Part shown: positions 9,912 to 19,080 of the stretch, in pieces
Layout: each line of letters starts with the position of its first letter
Position numbering within the stretch: position 1 is the first letter of the stretch
Notes under the pieces: model-generated
What the model saw: the letters and a program-made list of their open reading frames with translations, nothing else
Database searches by the model: none
Told to the model about the DNA's origin: nothing
Program-made: the position numbers and the translations under genes
From: an uncultured Candidatus Binatia bacterium
GTDB lineage: Bacteria > Desulfobacterota > Binatia > Bin18
Length of the DNA: 64,000 nucleotides
Assembly: GCA_965214605.1 (NCBI GenBank)
Contig: OZ243961.1
Coordinates: forward strand, 3,840,001-3,904,000
Direction: 5' to 3'

Positions 9912-10613
9912 CTAGAGGCGGGAAAACAGGCGCTGTTCCAGTCTGAGACCCTCGCCTAAGGGGAGATCTAGGCTCTGTCGAACCGCGCGCTTGGCCAGGG
10001 ATACGAGCTGCGGGTCGTGTTGGGCCAGGCTGGTGGCTAGCGTTTTTGCCGCTGCTAACAGGTCCCCGCGCGGCACGACTCGGTTGGTCAGGCCGATCTG
10101 AAGCGCCTGATCGGCGCTCACCCGCTTGCCCGTCAGAACCATATCAAGAGCACGTCCAAGGCCGATTGCCCGGGGCGCGGTCTGCGTACCGGCAACGCCT
10201 GGAATCATCCCCAGCCCGGTTTCCGGCAAAAAGAAAACCGTGTCGTCAGCGGCAATACACAGGTCACACAACAGGGCCATTTCCATGCCACCGCCCACGG
10301 TAAAGCCGTGCACCGCTGCAATCGTTGGCTGGGGGAGGCGAAGCAGCGTGCCCCACACGTCGCGTTGCCAGCGTATGGCACGCGCCCCGATCGGAGAGGG
10401 GGCCGAGCCAAACTCCGATACATCCCCGCCGGTTGAAAAGGCTGGGCCCTCACCACGCAGAATCATCACCCGCACCTCAGGGTCCTCACCGACAGCTTGG
10501 AGTACCTCGTACAGACCGTCGCGCATTTCCACGTTGTAGGCGTTGAACACCGTGGGGCGGTTTAACGACACAATGGCCAGACTGTCTTCTTTTTGGTAGA
10601 TGACGGCCGCCAT
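9912..10613 (-). CDS. Enoyl-CoA hydratase/isomerase family
   Basis: AFSTGGD, GGGMEMALLCD, PETGLG. Confidence 0.9.
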   Translation of the reverse strand: MAAVIYQKEDSLAIVSLNRPTVFNAYNVEMRDGLYEVLQAVGEDPEVRVMILRGEGPAFSTGGDVSEFGSAPSPIGARAIRWQRDVWGTLLRLPQPTIAAVHGFTVGGGMEMALLCDLCIAADDTVFFLPETGLGMIPGVAGTQTAPRAIGLGRALDMVLTGKRVSADQALQIGLTNRVVPRGDLLAAAKTLATSLAQHDPQLVSLAKRAVRQSLDLPLGEGLRLEQRLFSRL

Positions 10614-10655
10614 ACCTAGTCAGTAACGGGTCGGGAGTGTTGAGTAAAGAGTCAT

Positions 10656-12206
10656 CTACGTCCCCTGCCATACGACTTTGCCACCGACAAGTGTTGTCGT
10701 CACCGATAACGAACCGATGGCGGACTCGGGAAGTGCGGTCATATCACCGCTAAGGATTACCAAGTCTGCCAGCATTCCCGGAACGATTCTGCCCTTCTTC
10801 TCTTCTTCAAAGCCTACCCAGGCGGCCGCGCTCGTGAAAAGACCCAGGGCTTGGGCCAGGCTCACCCGCTCCGCCGCATTCACTTCCCGGCCGCCCTCAG
10901 ACTGTCTAGTGCAGGCCACAGCTATGCTTGCCAGCGGTGCCAGCGGTCCAATAGGACAGTCTGAGCTGCCCGCCACCGGGATGTGGTGATCGATCAAGCT
11001 GCTCGTCCTATACAGCCAGGAGTGGACTTCGGGAGCAACCTCGGCCGTGTATCTTTCTCCATACCAACGCACAAATGCGGGCTGAGTGACAACCGCGCAG
11101 CCGCTTGCTTTCAGCTGCTCAAGAAACGGTGGGGGACACAGCGAACAGTGTTCGATCCGGTGTCGGTGATCTGACCGCCACAGACGGTGCTGCGCCTGTT
11201 CAACTGCATCAAGAGCCAGGCCGATCGTCGCTTCCTCGACGGCGTGGAAGGCCAGCTGAAAGCCATGTTGATGGGCACGCCAGACCATTTCTCTGAGCGT
11301 CTGTGGCTGTGGATGGAGCGCCCCCCGGCTCTCGTGCAGCATAATTTTGATACTGCCCAGGCGGACCTGATCGTCCCCGCTAAAAGGCCTCAGCCGCGCT
11401 TCGAGGAGCTGCTCCAAGGCGTCAATGCCGATCATGACCGTGGCCCGCGAAGTCAGCAAGCCGTCTGTGGTTAGCTGTTGAAAGACAGATACATCCTCAA
11501 GAGTATTGCCCGCGCTAGCATCGTGGAATGAGGTCACGCCTAGGCGCAGTAACTCTTGCCCAGCTCGTTTTATGCCGGCCCGAAAGTCGGCCGCAGGCAG
11601 GCGAGGAATAACGGTCCGCAGAAAGGGTTCAAGCTCGTACACCACGCCTGTTGGTCGGCCGCTGGGGTCACGTTCGGCGTGTCCTCCGTGGCGGTCGCTA
11701 AAGGAGGGGCCGATTCCGGCTTGGTTGAGGCCTACGCTGTTGAGCACGGCGGCATGGCCGGACCGATGGCGGATCACAACCGGTCTCTCACGACACACCG
11801 CGTCAAGATCGTACCGGGTTGGATGGCGTTTTTCGGTTAGCAGAAATTCGTCGTACCCGTAGCCACGCAGCCATCCTCCGGGTTGGAGTCCGGGCAAACC
11901 AAGCGCCAGAGTGCGGCGCAGTTCGGCAAAAGACCGAACTTGGCTGAGATCCGCACCACAAAACCGGCTTGCCCAAGAGAAGAGGTGTAGATGCGGATCA
12001 ATGAAGCCGGGCAGGACGGTCTGCCCATGACAGTCCAGCAGTCGGGTTTGCCGCGAAATATAGGGCCGCAGCTCGGCCGCTCTCCCAACCGCTACGACTC
12101 GATCTCCTGCGATGGCGAGGGCTTCAGCGGTTGGGCGGTTTGGATCTTGGCTGAGAATCCTTCCTCCATACACCACAAGGTCGGCTGGAGAGGCGGGCAA
12201 AGACAT
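10656..12206 (-). CDS. Amidohydrolase family 3 (YtcJ-like)
   Basis: PGFIDPHLH, RIEHC, GSSDCP, G.LADLVIL. Confidence 0.88.
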   Translation of the reverse strand: MSLPASPADLVVYGGRILSQDPNRPTAEALAIAGDRVVAVGRAAELRPYISRQTRLLDCHGQTVLPGFIDPHLHLFSWASRFCGADLSQVRSFAELRRTLALGLPGLQPGGWLRGYGYDEFLLTEKRHPTRYDLDAVCRERPVVIRHRSGHAAVLNSVGLNQAGIGPSFSDRHGGHAERDPSGRPTGVVYELEPFLRTVIPRLPAADFRAGIKRAGQELLRLGVTSFHDASAGNTLEDVSVFQQLTTDGLLTSRATVMIGIDALEQLLEARLRPFSGDDQVRLGSIKIMLHESRGALHPQPQTLREMVWRAHQHGFQLAFHAVEEATIGLALDAVEQAQHRLWRSDHRHRIEHCSLCPPPFLEQLKASGCAVVTQPAFVRWYGERYTAEVAPEVHSWLYRTSSLIDHHIPVAGSSDCPIGPLAPLASIAVACTRQSEGGREVNAAERVSLAQALGLFTSAAAWVGFEEEKKGRIVPGMLADLVILSGDMTALPESAIGSLSVTTTLVGGKVVWQGT

Positions 12207-12218
12207 GGAGTCTGAGAG

Positions 12219-12250
12219 CAAAAAGGGCGATGCTACGCATCGCCCTTTTG
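12219..12250 (-). terminator. Intrinsic terminator after the small Cys-rich gene
   Basis: aaaagggcgatgc-tac-gcatcgccctttt hairpin with T-run on the minus strand. Confidence 0.75.
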
Positions 12251-12276
12251 AGCTGATAATGAGGCGCAGTGCACTC

Positions 12277-12417
12277 TTAGTCCGATGACGGCAGAGGTTT
12301 TGCCTCTTTGAGCGGCATATCTGTATTGCAACAGTTCAGAGTGCCGTCACCAGGTTTATTGCACAGGACCTCAGTACCACAGGTTTCACACATATAGCGT
12401 TTTCCAAGCTGAGCCAT
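12277..12417 (-). CDS. Desulforedoxin-like small metal-binding protein (46 aa, below ORF-track cutoff)
   Basis: MAQLGKRYMCETCGTEVLCNKPGDGTLNCCNTDMPLKEAKPLPSSD; GAGGAG RBS. Confidence 0.82.
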   Translation of the reverse strand: MAQLGKRYMCETCGTEVLCNKPGDGTLNCCNTDMPLKEAKPLPSSD

Positions 12418-12450
12418 GTTACCCTCCTCGCGTATATGATGCTTGCCTTC

Positions 12451-13533
12451 TCACTCCCGAAAGAATGGGAGAACACCCACCTCCGCTATCACGGACGTCC
12501 CGTTTCTGTCAATCCGCAGCTGGGTGCCCGGCTCAAGATGCTCGCGGCGGACATAGCCCAGGGCAATTGGGCAGCCCAAACGGGGAGACATGACGGCACT
12601 CGTGATCCAGCCGACCTCCTTGGTGTCGGAGAACAGCTTATCTCCGCTCTGGGGCGTTATCGTCCCCTGAACCAACAGGCCGCTCAGTTTCCGATTCACC
12701 CGTCCACGAGCCGAAGCCCGTTCAACCACCTCCTGGCCAAGATAACAGCCTTTCTTGAAGCTGATCGCGTGGTCGAGGCCGACTTCCAGAACGATGCGGT
12801 CTTCATCCATGTCAAGACCGTACCACGGAATTCCGGCCTCAATCCGTAGGGTGTTGAGCGTACTTAAACCGACCGGGCGCGCCCCGAGCGGCTGTCCGGC
12901 CTCCACCAGGGCCTGCCACACGGCCTCAGCCCGCGGCAGTGGAACCAGGAGTTCGTAGCCGTCCAGGCCCGTATCAGGCGTCCGAACGATACGGACGGTC
13001 GTCTCGCCCAGCCATGCTTCCACGTGTTGGCAGGCGTCGGTCAGATTGAGCGACACTCCGGCTGCGGCCAACAGACGTGAGGCCAATGGCCCCAGGACAG
13101 CAAGCGTGCTCTGGTGTTGGCTGAGGTCCTCCAGCTCTACGTCATCGGCGATGATGAAGCGCTCTAGCGCGCTGACCGTCTTGTCTTTGATACGGGCGTC
13201 AAGGTCGAGCATGAAGCTGTCTTCGAGCGCGTACACCCGCAGGTCGGCAACAATCCGACCTTGGGCTGTCAACAGGGTTGCCGGGCAGCCCTGGCCGGGC
13301 TGCAAGGACCCGACATCGTTCGATACCATGCCCTGTAGAAATGAGACGCGATCTTCTCCGCTCATATCGACCTGGACCCGGAAGGATACATCGACGATCC
13401 CGGCCGTGTCGCGGACGGCCCGGTACTCCCGGCTAACATCCGTAAAGCGCTCTGGCAGGACAATCCCCCGATTATCGGACAGCACCGCCCCGTGGGCGGT
13501 GTGCCATGCCGCTAGTGGTGATTGCATACACAC
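12451..13533 (-). CDS. GcvT/YgfZ-like folate-binding aminomethyltransferase family
   Basis: KGCYLGQE, LRIEAG, FLQGMVSND. Confidence 0.9.
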   Translation of the reverse strand: MCMQSPLAAWHTAHGAVLSDNRGIVLPERFTDVSREYRAVRDTAGIVDVSFRVQVDMSGEDRVSFLQGMVSNDVGSLQPGQGCPATLLTAQGRIVADLRVYALEDSFMLDLDARIKDKTVSALERFIIADDVELEDLSQHQSTLAVLGPLASRLLAAAGVSLNLTDACQHVEAWLGETTVRIVRTPDTGLDGYELLVPLPRAEAVWQALVEAGQPLGARPVGLSTLNTLRIEAGIPWYGLDMDEDRIVLEVGLDHAISFKKGCYLGQEVVERASARGRVNRKLSGLLVQGTITPQSGDKLFSDTKEVGWITSAVMSPRLGCPIALGYVRREHLEPGTQLRIDRNGTSVIAEVGVLPFFRE

Positions 13534-13544
13534 CTCTGTTAACG

Positions 13545-14627
13545 CTAGGAGGGGGCGGCGTTCATGCGGCGCAATGCCCGCACCGCCCGGATGCGCTCCT
13601 GGGCCAAGGTGACCGCCAAACGATGGGGGCGCATGTTGCGTTGCTTAGCCTCAGCAAACAGCGTCTTCAGCGTCGTATAAATTGTTTCGGTTTTGGCCTG
13701 GGCCCGCTCACGACGGTAGCCACCGGGGCCAAGCTCATCGGCAACATTGATCAGGCCGCCGGCGTTAATGGCAAAATCGGGCGCGTAGAGAATGCCCCGG
13801 TCGTACAGCGCATCGCCGTCCTCATCGCTCACGAGCTGGTTGTTGGCTCCACCGCCAATAATCCGGCAGCGCAGGTGGGGAATGGTCTGGCTGTGAAACA
13901 GTTCGCCCGCGGCGCACGGGGCCAAGATATCACACTCTTGTGTGTAAATGTCCTGGGGGCTGACCACCTGAGCCTGGAATTCTGCCGCAGCTTGCCGCGT
14001 GCGGCTTTCGTCTACATCGGCCACAATGAGCCGTGCCCCAGCTTCGTGCACATAGCGGGCCAGCGGATAGCCAACCTTTCCCAGCCCAGGCACGGCCACT
14101 GTCTTGCCATGGAAGTCGGCCGCGCCATCCATCTCTTCCAGACAGGCCCGCTGTCCACAAAAAATACCCCAGGCCGTCATCTGAGATGGGTCACCGCCGC
14201 CGCCAAAGACTTCTTCCCGTCCGACACCAAAGCGGCTCTCTTTGCGCACCCGTTCGATATCCGCCGTTGAGGTCCCCATGTCTTCGGTTGGAATATAATG
14301 CCCGGCCAGCGATTCAATCGATCGACCCAGGGCGCGGAACAGCATCTCCCGCTGCGCGGCGGCGTGATCACCAATCACCACGGCCTTGCCACCGCCGTAA
14401 TCCAGCCCTGCCAGTGCGGCCTTATACGTCATTGCCTGAGCTAGACGCAGAGCGTCGCTGACCGCCTCGCCCTCAGTCGCATAGGCCCGCATACGGATAC
14501 CGCCCAGCGCCGGTCCCAGGGTTGTGTCGTGGATAGCGATGACCGCCTTCAGCCCGGCTGAGCGGTCAGCACAGAAGACCACCTGTTCGTAGTCTTCTGC
14601 GTGCATGGTGTCAAACAGCGCAGTCAT
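13545..14627 (-). CDS. Glu/Leu/Phe/Val dehydrogenase (leucine dehydrogenase-like)
   Basis: GPALGG, MTYK, GGGK, EDMGT, GLGKVG, ANNQL. Confidence 0.92.
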   Translation of the reverse strand: MTALFDTMHAEDYEQVVFCADRSAGLKAVIAIHDTTLGPALGGIRMRAYATEGEAVSDALRLAQAMTYKAALAGLDYGGGKAVVIGDHAAAQREMLFRALGRSIESLAGHYIPTEDMGTSTADIERVRKESRFGVGREEVFGGGGDPSQMTAWGIFCGQRACLEEMDGAADFHGKTVAVPGLGKVGYPLARYVHEAGARLIVADVDESRTRQAAAEFQAQVVSPQDIYTQECDILAPCAAGELFHSQTIPHLRCRIIGGGANNQLVSDEDGDALYDRGILYAPDFAINAGGLINVADELGPGGYRRERAQAKTETIYTTLKTLFAEAKQRNMRPHRLAVTLAQERIRAVRALRRMNAAPS

Positions 14628-14644
14628 GACGGTGTTCGTCCTTG

Positions 14645-14950
14645 CTAAAGCTCAACCAGAATATCGTCGCCGTCGACTTTGACAGTATAGGTGTCCTGTT
14701 TGACGTCCGGGTCGTCAAGGTTCTCGCCGGTCGTCACATCGTATTCCCAGCCGTGCCAGGGGCAGATTATCGTCGAGCCGTCGAGGTCGCCCTCATCGAG
14801 TGGACCGCCCTGGTGGGGGCAGATATTGTCGATCGCGTAATATTGACCGTCAACCTGAAAGAGCGCAATCTGCTTATCCTCAACCTCAACACACCTCCCC
14901 CCGCCGTCTGGGATCTCACTCTTTTGGGCGACTTTGACAAAATCTCCCAT
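14645..14950 (-). CDS. Rieske ferredoxin (NirD-like)
   Basis: CPHQGG...CPWHG. Confidence 0.92.
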   Translation of the reverse strand: MGDFVKVAQKSEIPDGGGRCVEVEDKQIALFQVDGQYYAIDNICPHQGGPLDEGDLDGSTIICPWHGWEYDVTTGENLDDPDVKQDTYTVKVDGDDILVEL

Positions 14951-15035
14951 GTTTTCCTCCTCAACATGCAAAAAAGCCCCTCTGTCAGATTGGGCAGAGA
15001 CAGAGAGGCCAAGGAATCTCAGGGGATGGACGGCT

Positions 15036-15536
15036 TTAGCCGCCGTAGAAAACCTTTTCGCCTAGATCGGCCATAACCAGGGTGGCGGCGTCAGCCCGGC
15101 CCTCTGACTGCTTCTGGACAACCGCGTCAACCACCTTGCCGATAAAGATAGAGTGGTCGCCGTTCTCAACGGTCTGTTCCAAAGAGCACTCGACATAGGC
15201 CGGCACGCTCTCTAGCACGGGTGAACCGGTGCTACCGGCTTTGTACGCTTCGCCATTAATCGTGTTGCCGTCCTTCTCGACCGGTTTGAAGAAGGCAAAG
15301 GCCGGACCCTGTTGTCCCTTGCCCAGGATGTTCAGGGCAAAACAGCCGGCTTTTTTCACGATCTCATGCGCCGTTGAGTCACCCTTCACCCCGACCACCA
15401 CTAACGGCGGCTCAAAGGCGGTCTGCGTCACCCAGTTGACGGTTGCCGCAGCAATCTCGCCGTCTTTTTCAGCGGTCAGGACATACAAGCCATACGGAAT
15501 CATGCGTAAGGCGGTTTTTTTGGCGTCTGCATCCAT
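15036..15536 (-). CDS. Flavin reductase-like protein
   Basis: LRMIPYGLYV, FEPPLV, GDHSIF. Confidence 0.9.
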   Translation of the reverse strand: MDADAKKTALRMIPYGLYVLTAEKDGEIAAATVNWVTQTAFEPPLVVVGVKGDSTAHEIVKKAGCFALNILGKGQQGPAFAFFKPVEKDGNTINGEAYKAGSTGSPVLESVPAYVECSLEQTVENGDHSIFIGKVVDAVVQKQSEGRADAATLVMADLGEKVFYGG

Positions 15537-15607
15537 ACTCGTTCTCCCTCGTACAGTATATCTTGTTCCCGGCCTTGTATCTGGCCTGTCTGTTGCGTGC
15601 AAGGTCC

Positions 15608-16531
15608 TCAGTCTGGCTCCCGTCGCGGAATCTCAAAGATATCCAGCGTCCCCGAACAGCCGGCAGTGTCCTGCCATATTCCGGGGCACTCTTCTTCATA
15701 CAGGCCGCCGTGAAAGACGCCGGCAAAGTGGCCGTCGACTGTCCATTGACCGATGTAGAAACCGTTGTCAGCGCAGACCTCGCCAGAAATCCGGATCCGT
15801 CCATGGGGGCGCGCGCGGGTAGAGGCGTGAAGTTTTCCTTCGCGTATCGTCCCTTGTGTCGTCCCTCTTATGGCACTACAGGTTCTATCATCGAAGTTCC
15901 GATCATGCTCGAATTGAATATACCACCCCTCGCCGTCGAACGCTCCTTGACGGTCCCTTGGACATGGCAAGGGGGGCGGCAGGAGCAGGGGCGTCTCTAT
16001 CGCCGCTACCGGGACTTGCTCAGGCATCAGCTGGCAGACATCCCCAATCTCAACCGTGTCGGTTATCTGCATGCTCTGAGTGTTTTCGTTCCACTCGAGC
16101 CATGTCACATCACCATCCCTTGGAAAGTCCGAGGCCCTCACGCGGGCCCTGGCTCCCTCCAGAAACTCTACTCCGGTTGATGCGACGGTAAACGTGCTTC
16201 TGTCGAACTCCACGCCATTATCGTAGGCGACTGCGGTGTGTTGCCCATCCGCGAGCAGCGACCAGTTCCAGATGGCCAGAAAGCCGTTGTTCACATCCCC
16301 GCACACTCCGTAGGTATCTCCCCGGTCACTCCCATACACCATTCGCTGGGGGGGACCGCCGTCGAATCTGACTGTAATCTCCCCGGTGGCTTCACACTTC
16401 CAGCCAGAAATCACCCCGATACCAGACAAGCCATCTCCGTTACCGGGAATCTCCAGACTGCTTCGGGCTTGGGCGTAAGCCAGAGCCGGGGTCAGGAGAA
16501 TGAGTCCAAGACCTAGACGCAGTAGGAACAC
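15608..16531 (-). CDS. Secreted protein, conserved N-terminal domain (SGIGVISGWKC family) with variable C-terminus
   Basis: Signal peptide; ~150-aa domain shared with 16572-17555 and 40867-41412; GTG start after GAGGAG. Confidence 0.7.
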   Translation of the reverse strand: MFLLRLGLGLILLTPALAYAQARSSLEIPGNGDGLSGIGVISGWKCEATGEITVRFDGGPPQRMVYGSDRGDTYGVCGDVNNGFLAIWNWSLLADGQHTAVAYDNGVEFDRSTFTVASTGVEFLEGARARVRASDFPRDGDVTWLEWNENTQSMQITDTVEIGDVCQLMPEQVPVAAIETPLLLPPPLPCPRDRQGAFDGEGWYIQFEHDRNFDDRTCSAIRGTTQGTIREGKLHASTRARPHGRIRISGEVCADNGFYIGQWTVDGHFAGVFHGGLYEEECPGIWQDTAGCSGTLDIFEIPRREPD

Positions 16532-16571
16532 GATCAAACTCTCCTCACACGCCCGCTTCAAGTGTTGCCTC

Positions 16572-17555
16572 TTATGGGAGGGTACGAATAGTCCAACTCC
16601 CATCGTCATTTCTGCTGCCAGAAGCACCGAGCAGATCTATATCGGAGGCATAACACTGATTCACCAGAGCACTCTCCACACAGCCTTGTCCGTTCGTATC
16701 AACGAAAAAAGTAAAGGAGGTACCAAGTATGGATCCACTGCACGATTCTCCCTGAGCCACAGTGAGGCCAACCGTACAGCTACCGAGATCAACCCGAACC
16801 GGATCCTCGGCGATACTAATCGTCCAGCTTCCATCGGGGTTTTTGATGGCAGTCACGCCGAGCTGCTCGTTCACAGCGTCGGGCAGACTCGTGAAACACC
16901 CATTAATCGACCCGATGTTGAAGGAGGTGGAGATGCACGCCTGGCCGTCCATATCAACGGTAAAAGTGTAACTGCCCCTAGTCCCGCCGATGCTGACGGT
17001 GCCGCTACACTGCTCTTCTGTACCCACCGTCAGCGCTTCTACACACGTCCCGAGGTCGGTAGGCTGTGTCCACATGGTCATCTCTAGATGTTGGGTGCTG
17101 CGGTTCCACTGAAACGTTGTGGTTTCGCCTGGGGCGGGAAAGTCCGGGACGCGGATAGGTTTGTCCGAGGCATTGGTCAGAAACTCCTTGCCGGCCCGCG
17201 TGACCGTGACGGTGTTCTCGGCAAACTCTACGCCGTTGTCGTAAGCTCTGACTGTGTGCTCGCCGTCTGGGAGCGTTGCCCAGTTGAAGTAAGTGACAAA
17301 GCCGTTATCGCCGTCATCTCCACACACCGAGCTGGTGTCTCCGCGGGCAAGTCCGTACAGGGTGGGCAATGGGGCCGCCTCACCGACTTGGACCGTAATG
17401 TCACCCGCAGCCTCACACTTCCAGCCGGAGATGACCCCAATACCCGACAGTTGGTCTCCATTGCTGGGAATCTCAAGCACACTACTAAGTTGAGCGTTAG
17501 CCACAGCAGGAACCAGGATAAGCAGCCCAAGGCACAGACGCAGTAGAAAAGACAT
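16572..17555 (-). CDS. Secreted protein, same N-terminal domain plus two Cys-containing C-terminal repeats
   Basis: Paralog of neighbour; DLG.C...LTV..G..CSG...NxDGSWTI twice. Confidence 0.7.
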   Translation of the reverse strand: MSFLLRLCLGLLILVPAVANAQLSSVLEIPSNGDQLSGIGVISGWKCEAAGDITVQVGEAAPLPTLYGLARGDTSSVCGDDGDNGFVTYFNWATLPDGEHTVRAYDNGVEFAENTVTVTRAGKEFLTNASDKPIRVPDFPAPGETTTFQWNRSTQHLEMTMWTQPTDLGTCVEALTVGTEEQCSGTVSIGGTRGSYTFTVDMDGQACISTSFNIGSINGCFTSLPDAVNEQLGVTAIKNPDGSWTISIAEDPVRVDLGSCTVGLTVAQGESCSGSILGTSFTFFVDTNGQGCVESALVNQCYASDIDLLGASGSRNDDGSWTIRTLP

Positions 17556-17742
17556 CACGCCCTCCCCATATGTATGGAATCGCCCGCGAGGGTATCGTTT
17601 TCGGGCAGGGGGCGCAAGTCTCAATGCGCCAGGCCGCCATTCGCCTCATCCCGCCCAGAGAAAATTTTTCCGCGTTCGAAGGATTTCACAAATCGACCGC
17701 TGAGCCCTCTCGACGCTCTTGGGTCACTCTTTCATGCAAGCT

Positions 17743-18229
17743 CCGTCACCCAGCCGTGCGGGTCTGGTCTGAGACCACGCTGGATGCCGGAAATCTCGTC
17801 AAACAGCCGTTGGGCCATCCGACCGACGCGGCCATTGTTGATCGTGATACGGCGTCCTCTATAGAACAGGCGCCGACGGGTGAGATCACTGCCGCCGTTC
17901 CCGTCCCAAAGACTTCCCGGAGATGGCCGTTGCCCGCTGCGGTTAGGATCTCATCAATCGTGATGGGGCGCTCTACAACCGGCATACCCCAGTCGGTTGC
18001 CAGCTGAAGCACGGTGTCGCGGGTAATTCCGGCTAGAATGTTGCCGTTGAGGGGTGGGGTCGAGCGACAGCGGGCCGTACGGCACGATGCGCGGACTGTG
18101 CCAGCCCCGGTCAACAGAGCCATCCATCACAAACATGTGATCGGTAAAAATCTCTCCAAACCTCAGCTGGCCGTCGCACGGCTTTAGCTTTGGCCGTGTA
18201 GTGTGGGTCACGGGAATGGCTGGCGGCAT
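17743..18229 (-). pseudogene. ilvE: Branched-chain amino acid aminotransferase remnant with internal deletion
   Basis: FGEIFTDHMF..PYGPLSLDP joined out of frame to TPPLNGNILAGITR..EVFGTGTAAVISPVG. Confidence 0.8.
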
Positions 18230-18642
18230 ATTCGTGCTGGCTCCTTGATACTGGAATTTCGGCTGGTTTCGGATGAAGTTGCCTCGCGTTGCGGCCCAGG
18301 GCAAGGCCGGTTTTCTCGTTCACTTCTATGCATCTTCGGAGATGGTCTTCTCGCTCCTCAAGGCGATATGCCCTGGCTGCAGTTCGCTTATAAGTGGCCG
18401 ACGGCCCAATTATCTTCCAACCAGTACTCAAGGTGAACGGTGCTGCTAGGCCTGGAACACCTCTCAAGACCGTCTGCCTCTAACCGAGCGCCGTCCAAAC
18501 TATCCTTCGACGGGTGGGGGCTGGAAAAGCTTGGACGTGTCTGGGCTTGCGTTGACTTTTTGACCTCTCCGGGGCTAGGGTCGGGGCTGCACTACTGCGA
18601 AGAGAGGAGGTCCTGGGGGGCGCGTTGCCAAGATTGATACTG

Positions 18643-19011
18643 CTAGTCGTCCGTACAGTAGATACGGGGCACGCGCCAGCGCTCAAGCAGACCGACTTTG
18701 TCCTGTGCCGTGGTTTTGAGGTGCTCGGCATGCTTGTCCATATCGGTATAGAGCCGGGCCACGTTGATTCCGTGATGGCTAGGACGATAGTTTTCAAGGC
18801 GCATGAGTCCCTGGGTCAATAAATTAATCGTGCCCTGTGAGGCTCCGCGGTTGAAGCGCAGGTGGAGACCAGTGGCAAAACGGATCAGGGCTTCGTAAAA
18901 AGCCTGGTCTTCGGCCGCGATTTCGGTCCACGCCTCTTCCAAGACTTGGTGACAGCTGAAATACTCGCGCCGGTTGAAAAGATGAACGGCTTCGCGCAAT
19001 TTTGGATGCAT
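18643..19011 (-). CDS. DUF309 protein
   Basis: LFNRREYFSCHQVLEEAW pattern. Confidence 0.8.
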   Translation of the reverse strand: MHPKLREAVHLFNRREYFSCHQVLEEAWTEIAAEDQAFYEALIRFATGLHLRFNRGASQGTINLLTQGLMRLENYRPSHHGINVARLYTDMDKHAEHLKTTAQDKVGLLERWRVPRIYCTDD

Positions 19012-19080
19012 AAGAGAAACCTAAAACGGGAAATCTGAAACGTAAAGACAGGCGATGAAAAGAAAGTAAGGAAGAAGCTC

